Source: a virus (Duplodnaviria; Caudoviricetes). From it: a stretch of 24,581 bases of DNA. The translations under genes and the position numbers were made by a program. Below the pieces are notes generated by a model. The model was not told the DNA's origin. It was given only the letters and a program-made list of their open reading frames with translations, and searched no databases. The stretch spans positions 1 to 24,581 of the IMG/VR virus record IMGVR_UViG_3300026196_000024; one strand, given 5' to 3'. Shown piece after piece: positions 15,423 through 24,297 of this stretch (within the stretch, counting starts at the first letter, position 1; each line of letters starts with the position of its first letter).

Positions 15423-16382
15423 ATGGCTAGCCCGAACATCTCGGAGATCGTCACATCCACTCTCCGGGACAGGAGCGGAAGTACTTCGGATAACGTATCC
15501 AAGGGAAACGCGCTCACGATGAGGTTGAAGGAAAAGGGGGCGTGGAAGTCGGCTCAAGGTCGCACAATCGTGCAAGAGGTGGACTACGCGGAAGGAAACT
15601 TCCAGTGGTACTCCGGCTACGAGCAGATCAACATTTCGCCCCCAGACGTTATTAGCGCGTTCGAGTACAACTGGAAGCAGTCGGCCTCTTCGGTCTCTGC
15701 TTCCGGTCTGGAAATGGACGTGCAAAACGTCGGTAGAGCACAGGTGCTGGATCTCTTTGAATCGCGCATCAAGAACGCGCAGAGAACCATGCGAAACAAC
15801 ATCAACGTCGGGTGTATCTCGGACGGAACGGGATCGAGCGGTAAGCAAATCGGAGGGCTTGGCCTTCTGATCGCCGACGATCCGAGTTCCGGGACCGTTG
15901 GCGGTGTGGACAGGGCAACCTATACCTTCGCCGCGAACCAGGTCTATGACGCGAGCACTGACGGAGGCACGGCTGCGACTTCTGCGAACATTCAGCAGTA
16001 CATGAACACTCTGTACCTGCGGTGTACTCGTGGTTCGGACAAGCCCGACCTTATCCTGGCAGATTCCGTGTACTACGGGCTGTACTGGGCAAGTCTTCAA
16101 GCCATTCAGCGGATCAACGATCCCAAGCGTGGCGTGGCGGGCTTCCAGTCGGTGGCCTTCGGCAGCGCGGACGTGGTGTATGAAGATGCGAGCAACATGC
16201 CTGCTTCGCAGATGTACTTCATCAACACGGACTACATGTTCTTCAGGTACGCAGCCAAGCGCAATTTCACGCCGCTTGACCGTGTGCAATCCCTCAACCA
16301 GGACGCGATCGTTCAACTGATCACGTTCGCCGGCAACCTGACTTGCAGCAATTTCTCGCTGCAGGGCACGTTGAAAGCGTAA
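15423..16382 (+). CDS. Major capsid protein (HK97-fold expected)
   Basis: AGGAGG SD, 319 aa, strong C/G-ending codon bias. DNV.K.NAL..RL, WYSGYE, SDGTGSSGKQIGGL, GNLTCSN..LQG motifs. Confidence 0.9.
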   Translation: MASPNISEIVTSTLRDRSGSTSDNVSKGNALTMRLKEKGAWKSAQGRTIVQEVDYAEGNFQWYSGYEQINISPPDVISAFEYNWKQSASSVSASGLEMDVQNVGRAQVLDLFESRIKNAQRTMRNNINVGCISDGTGSSGKQIGGLGLLIADDPSSGTVGGVDRATYTFAANQVYDASTDGGTAATSANIQQYMNTLYLRCTRGSDKPDLILADSVYYGLYWASLQAIQRINDPKRGVAGFQSVAFGSADVVYEDASNMPASQMYFINTDYMFFRYAAKRNFTPLDRVQSLNQDAIVQLITFAGNLTCSNFSLQGTLKA

Positions 16383-16391
16383 GGAGGCGTT

Positions 16392-16946
16392 ATGGCCTAT
16401 ATCCTGACGAATCCCCAAGCTGGAGTTCCGGCGATCACGAATCACGAAGCCCCTGTTACCGTGGAAACCGTTGGTTCCACCGTGGTGACGAGTGCTCGGG
16501 TTCCCCTTGGAACGATTGTTCGGGCCGTGGACCCCACTTACGGGGAAGGTGAATTCATCCGCCTTCTGGGGGTTGCTAGCACGGTGGTGGGGTCTGTGGT
16601 GAAGTACAACACCACGACCTGGCAGACGGCTTTGACTACGGTAACGAACGCCAAGAACAAGGGCGTTCCGGTTGCTGTGGCGATGTCCGCTTGTGTAGCC
16701 TCTGAACACGGCTGGTATCAGATCAGCGGTCTGGCGGTCATCAAAAAGACCACAGTTGCTGTCAGTCCCGGAGTGCCGGTGTATCTCGCGGCAGATGGGA
16801 CGCCTGGGCGAATCAAAGTTCTGGCGTCCGTGGGTCAGCAAATCCTCGGAGCAATGAGTGCTAATCTGACCACGGTTGTTACCACGACTTCTACTGTTGT
16901 GGTGGCAATCGACCGTCCGCATACTCACGGGTCTGCGGCGAGCTAG
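16392..16946 (+). CDS. Capsid decoration/cement-like protein, Thr/Val-rich
   Basis: AAGGAGG SD, between the capsid gene and the terminator. LGT.V.A.DP.YG.GEFI.L.G, GWYQI.G, I.RP motifs. Confidence 0.7.
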   Translation: MAYILTNPQAGVPAITNHEAPVTVETVGSTVVTSARVPLGTIVRAVDPTYGEGEFIRLLGVASTVVGSVVKYNTTTWQTALTTVTNAKNKGVPVAVAMSACVASEHGWYQISGLAVIKKTTVAVSPGVPVYLAADGTPGRIKVLASVGQQILGAMSANLTTVVTTTSTVVVAIDRPHTHGSAAS

Positions 16947-16957
16947 AGTATCTTTTT

Positions 16958-16983
16958 AGCCCTTTCGCAAGAGAGGGCTTTTT
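16958..16983 (+). terminator. Rho-independent terminator after the capsid/decoration genes
   Basis: AGCCCTTTC-GCAA-GAGAGGGCT followed by TTTT, GNRA tetraloop. Confidence 0.85.
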
Positions 16984-16986
16984 AAG

Positions 16987-17079
16987 ATGCTCGATGGAAA
17001 CACCTCTGTTCTACTGATTTTAGGCATTTACTTGCTTGCGGTGGCTGCTGCGTGGTATTTCCAGGAAGGAAAGAAATAA
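16987..17079 (+). CDS. Possible 30-aa single-TM peptide
   Basis: MLDGNTSVLLILGIYLLAVAAAWYFQEGKK*. Its stop directly abuts the ATG at 17080. No clear SD. Confidence 0.45.
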   Translation: MLDGNTSVLLILGIYLLAVAAAWYFQEGKK

Positions 17080-19128
17080 ATGTGGATTTTGCCGACACGA
17101 AAAAGACCGCAAAACTTGCGTCGGTTTTTCGACTATTTCATAAAAACGGGCGCTAAATCTGTTGGGGTTGTGTGCATTGATTCCGATGACCCTACAATTG
17201 AAGAGTACATGAAAATAAAATTGCCCGATGGGTGGACCAGGTACATTGCGGAGCCTATTGGATTAGGAGCGGTAATTAACAGGGCTTTCAGTTCACATCC
17301 AAATGAGTCGTGGTACGGGATGATAACGGATGACCATGTTCCGGTAACTAGAGGATGGGATTCCGCCCTCATTTCTGCCGCAGGAAGCAATTTTGTTTCA
17401 TATTGCGCAGATGGAATTGTTGATGAGGCACAAGCATCAGCATGTGTTCTAGGAGGAGATTTTGCTCGTGAATTGGGCTGGATCATTCTTCCCGGCCTGG
17501 TTCGGATATATGGAGATAACGTGATAACCGAAATTGCCAGAGAGAAAAACGCTCTGCGTTATCTTCCTGATGTGCGTGTTGAGCATTGGCATTTTAGTAA
17601 TGGCATGGCAAAGATGGACGAGACTTATAAAAAACCAGAGGCAGAATCCGATAAAGCAATTTATGACAGATGGGTATGCGAGCGTAAAAATCAAAAGAAA
17701 GTGACCTTCTGCTGTGTCCAATCCAACAATTACTGCGGGCGCGGTGTTGAGTACGTCAATACGCTTTTCGATATGGTCAAGCGCAACATGCCTGGAGGCT
17801 GGGCTTTCAGGTTCGTTTGTCTGACCGACGACCCCAAAGGACTTCACGAACACATCGAGACGATAGACCTACCTCCTGACCTTGAGCGATGGTACGGGAA
17901 GCTGTACCTATTCAAGCGAGGGCTTTTTGCGGACGGCGAAAGGGTCGTTTTCTTCGATCTCGATACGCTGATTATGGGGTCTCTGGAAGAGGTCGTTTCC
18001 TACAAAGGCCAGTTTGCGACCCTTCAAGACTTCTTCTATCCAGACAGGATTGGGCCTGCGGTGATGCTGTGGGAGGCCGGAGACTACACCTCGGGGATCT
18101 GGGAGGAATGGGTGGTAGCTGGTAAACCCAGAAACCCTATGGGGGATCTGTGGTGGCTGAATCAGCTAGACCAGGGCCGATTTGCCAAAAAAGCGGACAA
18201 GCTGCAAAAGCTCTTTCCCAAGAGCTTCGTTTCCTACAAGGTAAGTTGCCATCCACTACCGCCTAAAGGCTCGAAGGTGATTTGCTTCCACGGTCTCCCA
18301 AGGCCCCATGAGGAGGCTAACCGTGTGGAATGGGTAGACATGGCCTGGAGGGTCGGTGGAGCGGTAAGAGCCGATCTGGAGGTCGTTGCGAACACTTCTA
18401 ACACGGTGGCTTCAAAGAACGTCTCTGAGTCTTGCAAGCTTGATATTCCGTGGTTAAGACTGGAGCAACCCAATACTGGAAGTGTAGCCGTGGTGGGGGG
18501 TGGACCCTCCTTAAAGCGGATGCTTGAAGAATTGAGGGCCTTGCAAAAGTCCGGCACCAGGATCTTTGCTACGAACGGGTCACATGCCTATCTCAAAGAC
18601 AACGGGATAGAGGCAGATGACCATATCATCATAGATGCTCGACCCGAGAACGTGTCGTTTCTTAAATACCCGGCGAAGCATTATTTTCTGGCCTCTCAAT
18701 GCGCGCCAGAAGTCTTTGAGAAGGTTAATTCAGTGACCTTGGTTCACATGAACACCAGGGACATTCTGCAAAGCATCCCTGACAATGAAAAGCCGGTGAA
18801 CTTGATCTCTTCCGGGACTACGGTAGGTTTAGCCGCTATGGGTATAGCTTACTGTCTCGGGTATCGGAGAATTTACGTCTACGGGATGGATTCTTCCTAC
18901 GAAGACTCAAGGCATGTGTACCCTCAAGGTCTCAACGATCAGGACAGGGTGACTTACGCCATAGCAGGAGGAAGAAGGTTCAAATGCGCCCTTTGGATGG
19001 TTGCTCAGGTCGAGGATTTCCAAAAGCTGGTTACTGAACTAGCTAATGACGACTGTGAAATCCATGTCAGAAGCGCAGGGATGCTAGGTCATGTTTCATG
19101 GATCTGGGCACAAAATGCAGCAGCTTAA
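17080..19128 (+). CDS. Three-domain glycosyltransferase: GT-A (GT2-like) + GT8-like + Maf/DUF115 (MptE-like) domain
   Basis: Domain 1: ILPTRKRP, YGMITDDH (DD at 17329-17334), EHWH. Domain 2: YVNTLFDMVKRN, FVCLTDD, WYGKLYLF, FFDLD (17956-17964), FHGLPRPH. Domain 3: VVGGGPSL (18490-18513), FATNG, IDARPEN, GTTVG, LGYRRI.VYGMDSSY. Confidence 0.82.
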   Translation: MWILPTRKRPQNLRRFFDYFIKTGAKSVGVVCIDSDDPTIEEYMKIKLPDGWTRYIAEPIGLGAVINRAFSSHPNESWYGMITDDHVPVTRGWDSALISAAGSNFVSYCADGIVDEAQASACVLGGDFARELGWIILPGLVRIYGDNVITEIAREKNALRYLPDVRVEHWHFSNGMAKMDETYKKPEAESDKAIYDRWVCERKNQKKVTFCCVQSNNYCGRGVEYVNTLFDMVKRNMPGGWAFRFVCLTDDPKGLHEHIETIDLPPDLERWYGKLYLFKRGLFADGERVVFFDLDTLIMGSLEEVVSYKGQFATLQDFFYPDRIGPAVMLWEAGDYTSGIWEEWVVAGKPRNPMGDLWWLNQLDQGRFAKKADKLQKLFPKSFVSYKVSCHPLPPKGSKVICFHGLPRPHEEANRVEWVDMAWRVGGAVRADLEVVANTSNTVASKNVSESCKLDIPWLRLEQPNTGSVAVVGGGPSLKRMLEELRALQKSGTRIFATNGSHAYLKDNGIEADDHIIIDARPENVSFLKYPAKHYFLASQCAPEVFEKVNSVTLVHMNTRDILQSIPDNEKPVNLISSGTTVGLAAMGIAYCLGYRRIYVYGMDSSYEDSRHVYPQGLNDQDRVTYAIAGGRRFKCALWMVAQVEDFQKLVTELANDDCEIHVRSAGMLGHVSWIWAQNAAA

Positions 19129-19885
19129 TACGCCTATAAGCGTCATGGCAGAGCATATCAGGGAGAACCTGAAACGCGATGTCAAGATGTTCGTAGGAAT
19201 GAATCCCCATGACGGGAAGGCTTTGATTGTAGGCGGCGGGCCTTCGCTCAAAGAAAGTCTCCCGACGATCAGGAAAATGCACGACCGAGGAGCGACTATT
19301 TTCGCTCTTAACGGCGTTCACGACTGGCTGATAGAAAGAGGGATCATCCCTGAGTTTCACGTTATTTTGGATGCTAAACCCGAGAATGTCGCCTTCGTGC
19401 AAAAGCCTCATAAGAGGGTCTGTTACCTCATGGCGGCTCAGTGTCACCCTTCCGTCTTTGAGGCCCTCGAAGGCTTTGAAGTCGTCCAATGGGTTGCATG
19501 GATTCCTGGAGGCGAAGACATTGCAGACGAATACCCTGATATTCCGATCAACCTGATAGGTGGTGGGAATACGGTAGGTATTAAAACGATGTGCCTGACT
19601 CATATCTGGGGGTTCAGAAAGCTTCATCTTTTCGGCTTCGATTCGTCCTACCGTGGAGACGAAAACCACGCCTACGAGCAGTCTATGAATGACGGTGAAG
19701 ACGTGTTAAGTCTTATGACTGCCGGAAGGAAATTCAAGTGCGCAAAGTGGATGGCTAGGCAAGTGGTAGATTTCCAGGAGTTCGCCAAAAGGCTGACGAT
19801 GGGAGGTTCTGAGATAAAGGTACACGGAGATGGATTGCTTCCGTGGGTAGCTCAACATCTACAGGAGATTAAACGTGCAGCTTGA
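19115..19885 (+). CDS. Stand-alone Maf/DUF115 (MptE-like) domain protein
   Basis: IVGGGPSL, FALNG, LDAKPEN, GGGNTVG, GFRKLHLFGFDSSY. Clear paralogue of domain 3 of the upstream gene. Start is 19091 or 19115. Confidence 0.82.
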   Translation: MQQLNTPISVMAEHIRENLKRDVKMFVGMNPHDGKALIVGGGPSLKESLPTIRKMHDRGATIFALNGVHDWLIERGIIPEFHVILDAKPENVAFVQKPHKRVCYLMAAQCHPSVFEALEGFEVVQWVAWIPGGEDIADEYPDIPINLIGGGNTVGIKTMCLTHIWGFRKLHLFGFDSSYRGDENHAYEQSMNDGEDVLSLMTAGRKFKCAKWMARQVVDFQEFAKRLTMGGSEIKVHGDGLLPWVAQHLQEIKRAA

Positions 19886-20504
19886 CGCCACCACTGACGA
19901 GAGTTTCGTCCAAAGCTATATCAGAAAAAACGGAGAAGACGACAGCGCGTTGATCGTCAGATTCTTCGTCAAACCCAAGTTATTGGGTCTGCGATCCAAA
20001 CAAGCCGGGAGGCCTGTTTACGAAGACCGGGAGTATGTCGAGATCAAGGTTAAGGGTCAGGATAAACAAGTCGCTGTGCATCCTGTGAAGGAAGAGCATA
20101 AGCAGAGGTTCCCGATTGCCTACATGCAGTTTCAGTCCAAGAAGCCCGCTCCGGTCATTGGGACGCCGGTAGAGATGCTTCCGAACCTCGGGCCTTCGCT
20201 TGCGATGCACCTTAAATCCATCAACATCAGGACAATCGAGGATCTGTCTAACATCTCCGACGAGAACACCCTGCAAGCCATTGGCATGGGGGCAAGAGAG
20301 CTTGTCAACAGGGCCAAACAATGGGTTTCAGGGTCGAGCACCAAAGAAGCGGGACTTCAGGAGCAGATCGAAAAAGCAAAGGCTGAGAATGAGCAACTGA
20401 GAGAGATGGTTGCCCAAATGCAATCCAGGATGGAAGCTCTTGAAAAGCCGCCCGAGGTCAGGGTTAAGCGTAAGTACACCAGACGTAAGGGGGTCACGCC
20501 GTGA
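19875..20504 (+). CDS. Conserved phage protein with HhH-like segment and C-terminal coiled coil
   Basis: AGGAG SD, GTG start. GRPVYED.EYVEI, RFP.AY..F, GTP.E.LP.LGPS....LK..NIRTIEDL, basic tail KRKYTRRK. Confidence 0.7.
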   Translation: MQLDATTDESFVQSYIRKNGEDDSALIVRFFVKPKLLGLRSKQAGRPVYEDREYVEIKVKGQDKQVAVHPVKEEHKQRFPIAYMQFQSKKPAPVIGTPVEMLPNLGPSLAMHLKSINIRTIEDLSNISDENTLQAIGMGARELVNRAKQWVSGSSTKEAGLQEQIEKAKAENEQLREMVAQMQSRMEALEKPPEVRVKRKYTRRKGVTP

Positions 20505-21223
20505 CAATCGACGGTTCTTTGCTAGGCATCGCGCAGGCGGTTGCCCAGGAACTTGGGCTTCCTTCGCCCTCGACGCTCGCTGCTTCGACAGACAGAACCG
20601 CTACCCAGCTCTACCGGATGATTAATCGTGCGGGGCGGATTCTTGCCAAGAAGAATTGGGTTGTGCTGCAAAAGGAATACACCTTTACCACCGTAGCGAG
20701 TACGGCGGCTTACGCACTTCCTGATGATTTTGAGAGATTGTTAGATGGGTCGATTTGGGATCGTTCTTCTTTCTGGAGGCTTCGCGGACCTTTGAATGCT
20801 AGGCAGTGGCAAGTCTTCAAGTCAGGTCTAGTAGCTTCTGCCAGTGCGAGGTCGAGATTCAGGATCAAACCGGATACCAGGGTCAAGAAATTCTATCTTG
20901 ATCCCACTCCTTCAAGTGCTGTGGATATGGTGTTTGAATATGCCAGTGATCAATGGGTCAAGGATTCGACCAATGCAAACGGGAAAGCGGCTTTTGCCAT
21001 TGATACCGATCTTGCAATCATCCCTTACGAGCTGATCGAGCTGGATGTGATCTGGAGAATGTTGAGCCGTAAAGGCTTTGCCTACGCCGAGGAAAAGAGA
21101 GAGGCAGAAATCCAGATCGACCGGGCTTTTGCTGAAGACGGTGGAGCGCCCATGCTAGACATGGGCGGGCCTCAGAACATTCCTCTTGCCAGGTTGAATA
21201 TCCCTGAGGGGGGTTTTGGGTGA
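20501..21223 (+). CDS. Head-tail adaptor / tail tubular protein A-like
   Basis: SLL.I.Q.V..ELGL..P, W..LQKEYTF.T, Y.LP.DF.R, WDR...W...GP, YAEE. Located before the nozzle-like gene. Confidence 0.72.
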   Translation: MTIDGSLLGIAQAVAQELGLPSPSTLAASTDRTATQLYRMINRAGRILAKKNWVVLQKEYTFTTVASTAAYALPDDFERLLDGSIWDRSSFWRLRGPLNARQWQVFKSGLVASASARSRFRIKPDTRVKKFYLDPTPSSAVDMVFEYASDQWVKDSTNANGKAAFAIDTDLAIIPYELIELDVIWRMLSRKGFAYAEEKREAEIQIDRAFAEDGGAPMLDMGGPQNIPLARLNIPEGGFG

Positions 21224-22770
21224 GACTGTCTTCTGCATTGCAGGCTCAGAGAACGCCCTACAGGGGCCAGAAGAACGTAGTACGTTCCGTTCCTGCTCCT
21301 GTCGGGGGGTGGAATGCCAGCGACTCTCTGGACGAGATGGCAGAGAACGAAGCCGTCATTCTTACCAACTGGTTTCCGGGGCAGGGTCAAGTATCTCTCA
21401 GAAAAGGCAGTACCTCGCACGCTACTGGCATGAGCGGGTCGGTGGAGATGATTTCCGAATTCAACGCTGGGAGTACGAGAAAGCTTATCGCAGCAGCGAA
21501 CGGGAATATCTGGAATGCTACCTCTGCCTCTGCAGCTTCATCCCTTGGTTCGGGATTTGCATCCGATCGCTGGCAATGGGCGCAATTCGACGATAGCTCA
21601 GGCGGTGCGAGGGTCGGGTATGTAAACGGGTCGGATGATCCTCAGTACTTCGACGGTACAAGTCTGGCCGCGATGACGATTTCCGGGACTGGCCTGACAG
21701 CTTCCAACCTTGACGGGATTAATATCTTCAAGGGAAGGTCTTACTTCTGGGATTCAGGCACTCAAGACTTCTGGTATTCGGCGGTCAACGCTCTTGGTGG
21801 GAGTCTTTCAAAGTTTCCCCTCGGTAGAGTAGCAGGAACGGGCGGGAACCTGATTGCAATGGGAACCTGGACTCGGGACGGCGGTAGCGGGCCTGACGAC
21901 TTAGCGGCGTTCGTCCTGTCTTCAGGTGATGTAGTGATTTACGCCGGAGATAATCCAGGAGATTCCAATGCGTGGGCTTTGGTAGGAATTTTCAAGATCG
22001 GCGCTCCGCTTGGGATCAGGGCTGTAACGAAGATCGGCTCTGATCTCATTGTCGCTACGGTAGACGGATATCTTCCGATGTCGAAGGTATTGGACAGTGC
22101 AAGAGCGAGTCCTAAACAGGCTATTTCCGACAAGATCAGAAAAGCGGTCTTGAGTGCGACTTCTCTGTACTCCGGTAATTTCGGATGGCAGATTGTCCAC
22201 TACCCTTTGGGTAACTATGCCTTGGTGAATGTTCCTGTTTCAAGTAACACATTCGACCAGCACGTTGTAAACACTGAGACAGGAGCGTGGACGAAGTTTC
22301 ACGGCATGAATGCTCACTGTTGGGGGATGTTCAACGACAGGCTGTATTTCGGCGGGTCTGGGGTCATCTACAAAGCCGACGATAGTAAAGCTGATAGTGG
22401 AGCCGCTATTTCAGGCACGGCTCAAACGGCGTGGACGTATCTGGGTTCTAGAGCGAGCCAGAAACGCTTTACTGCGGTGAAGCCTCTTTTACAGGTCAGT
22501 GGGTCGCTGTCTTTCAACGCCGGTATTGGAGTGGATTTCAAGGCTATTAGAGTCGCTAAAACAGACTCTTCACCGACTGCGATTTCTACTCCGTGGGGAT
22601 CGCCTTGGGGGTCTCCGTGGGCCGATACCGAAGCGACAAATGAAAACTGGCTGTCTGCTGAAGGCATTGGTTACAACGCATCTTGCAGGATCGAGGTTCT
22701 GACTTCTACCCGCTCGGTAGACTGGTTTTCCACGCAATATATGTTTGAATCTGGAAGGGGGTCTTTCTAA
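21220..22770 (+). CDS. Tail nozzle / packaged-DNA stabilisation protein (P22 gp10, T7 gp12-like position)
   Basis: 516 aa, beta-rich. [16 protein letters not shown]....V..RKG, FK.R.YF, C-terminal Trp repeat [10 protein letters not shown]. Confidence 0.75.
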   Translation: MRLSSALQAQRTPYRGQKNVVRSVPAPVGGWNASDSLDEMAENEAVILTNWFPGQGQVSLRKGSTSHATGMSGSVEMISEFNAGSTRKLIAAANGNIWNATSASAASSLGSGFASDRWQWAQFDDSSGGARVGYVNGSDDPQYFDGTSLAAMTISGTGLTASNLDGINIFKGRSYFWDSGTQDFWYSAVNALGGSLSKFPLGRVAGTGGNLIAMGTWTRDGGSGPDDLAAFVLSSGDVVIYAGDNPGDSNAWALVGIFKIGAPLGIRAVTKIGSDLIVATVDGYLPMSKVLDSARASPKQAISDKIRKAVLSATSLYSGNFGWQIVHYPLGNYALVNVPVSSNTFDQHVVNTETGAWTKFHGMNAHCWGMFNDRLYFGGSGVIYKADDSKADSGAAISGTAQTAWTYLGSRASQKRFTAVKPLLQVSGSLSFNAGIGVDFKAIRVAKTDSSPTAISTPWGSPWGSPWADTEATNENWLSAEGIGYNASCRIEVLTSTRSVDWFSTQYMFESGRGSF

Positions 22771-23807
22771 TGGCCTGGGATGGAAACGGAGCATTTTCGC
22801 GTACCAACGGGACTCAGACCGGGGCGACGACTTGGCAGGATGCAGAAGCTGCCGGGAGCGATATTGTCTCGGATGAACACGACACGCACGATCAGGACTT
22901 GGCGACTGGCATTAACGCATGTCTGGCTAAGAACGGTGAGAATCGACCTACAGCGGACTTCAAGCCTAATGCCGATGCTTCGTATGATCTTGGCTCTGCG
23001 GCTTTGGAATGGGCGGAGCTTTACCTGTCGAGCTTCATTAGAGGCCTTACCGATCTGAGAGACACCAGCGGTAATGAGTTCCTTAAATTCACCAAGACGG
23101 CCAGTGCTGTTAATGAAGTTACGCTGACCAATGCGGCGACAGGTGATGCACCAATACTAGCGGCTACCGGAGGAGATACCAATATCTCCATACAGATCAG
23201 TCCAAAAGGGACCGGGAAAGCAACGCTGACGGATGGAACAGATACGACAAAAAAGGCTGCATTTGATGCTTCTGAAATTACTACGGGTACAACTAGAACT
23301 TATACATTACAGGATTCAAGCGATACTTTGGTTGGTAGGGATACTACTGACACGCTAACGAATAAGACTCTTACTAGCCCGACCATCAACACGGGTGTAT
23401 CAGGAACTGCAGTCGCTACGCAGACAGATCAGGAAACTGCCACCAGTGTCGCAACTATAGTTACGCCTGGCCGTCAGCAGTTCCACCCGAGCGCAGCAAA
23501 GGGATGGGGAAAGGCGAACACAGCGGGCGCCGTTGCGGCGAGCTATAACCTGACCAGCGTCACCGACGTCGGCACGGGAGACATCACCTGGACATGGGCC
23601 ACGGACTTTTCCTCGGCGTCCTATTGCTGCGTCGGCGGCGCGCAAGGCGACATCACGCCGGGATCGTTGGCGACGATTATCATCGCGCAGCTGCTCTCCA
23701 CTAATTTCGCCGCCGGAACGTCTCGCTTTCAAACAATCAGGGCATCCGACGCCACGTTAACCGATCCGGCGGTCGGGCATCACGCTGCGGTCTACGGAGA
23801 TCAGTGA
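22770..23807 (+). CDS. Tail fibre protein
   Basis: N-terminal anchor-like MAWDGNG.F.R...D.DLA.GI..CL.KNG, Thr-rich shaft ([12 protein letters not shown]), C-terminal HPSAAK.W...[12 protein letters not shown] domain. Confidence 0.78.
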   Translation: MAWDGNGAFSRTNGTQTGATTWQDAEAAGSDIVSDEHDTHDQDLATGINACLAKNGENRPTADFKPNADASYDLGSAALEWAELYLSSFIRGLTDLRDTSGNEFLKFTKTASAVNEVTLTNAATGDAPILAATGGDTNISIQISPKGTGKATLTDGTDTTKKAAFDASEITTGTTRTYTLQDSSDTLVGRDTTDTLTNKTLTSPTINTGVSGTAVATQTDQETATSVATIVTPGRQQFHPSAAKGWGKANTAGAVAASYNLTSVTDVGTGDITWTWATDFSSASYCCVGGAQGDITPGSLATIIIAQLLSTNFAAGTSRFQTIRASDATLTDPAVGHHAAVYGDQ

Positions 23808-24271
23808 TGAGGAAGATCATTTTTTCGCGTTCAGATGGTGGCCTTTCGGTTGTGCATCCTGTGCGCAATAGCTATCCGAATCCTGAAACTCTCAGCGACG
23901 ACGAGATAGAAAAGCGTGCTTGGGCAAAGCTTCCTGCCGATGCAATTGATCCTCAGTGGGTAGAGGAGGCGGACATTCCCACAGATCGCACCTTCCGCGA
24001 TGCGTGGGCACATGGCGGAACGTCGGTCAATGTCGATATGACAAAGGCGCGAGAGATCCAGCGGGATCATTTGCGCAGTATCAGGGCACCAATGCTTGCC
24101 GCCTTGGATGTTGCCTATCAGCGCGCGGACGAATCGAGCGACGTTGCTATGAAGGCTCAGATAGCGAAAAACAAGCAAGCATTAAGAGATGTTACTGCGG
24201 ACCCGATGATTGATGCTGCAACGACTCCGGAAGAATTGAAGGCCGTTATGCCGGATGTTCTGAAAACCTGA
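23807..24271 (+). CDS. Tail fibre assembly chaperone-like protein
   Basis: IPTDRTFRDAW, VDMTKAREI.R..LR..R.P.L..LDV.Y.RA.E, KQALRDVT, A.TPEELK. Start is GTG 23804 or ATG 23807. Confidence 0.75.
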   Translation: MRKIIFSRSDGGLSVVHPVRNSYPNPETLSDDEIEKRAWAKLPADAIDPQWVEEADIPTDRTFRDAWAHGGTSVNVDMTKAREIQRDHLRSIRAPMLAALDVAYQRADESSDVAMKAQIAKNKQALRDVTADPMIDAATTPEELKAVMPDVLKT

Positions 24272-24297
24272 TGCTCTCCGCACTGTGATCGCATAAC

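Noticed and set aside
16380-16394. Capsid stop is in frame with the decoration gene (TAA GGA GGC GTT ATG), so read-through fusion is possible
   Set aside because: TAA is rarely leaky, and the spacer is just a strong SD for independent initiation. A shared frame has a 1-in-3 chance.
15390-16928. 512-aa ORF antisense to the capsid and decoration genes
   Set aside because: Arg/His-rich, motif-free translation. It is explained by strong codon bias on the sense strand and by the two sense genes sharing a frame.
17080-19885. Folate/pterin auxiliary metabolism (MptE label) or Gtr-type O-antigen conversion
   Set aside because: No pterin pathway genes, and fusion to GT-A domains favours sugar transfer. 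No flippase or polytopic GtrA/GtrC-like membrane proteins are present. Not fully excluded.
22588-22623. [10 protein letters not shown] short repeat in the nozzle gene
   Set aside because: A short coding Trp repeat near the C-terminus with no evidence of an independent DNA-level function.
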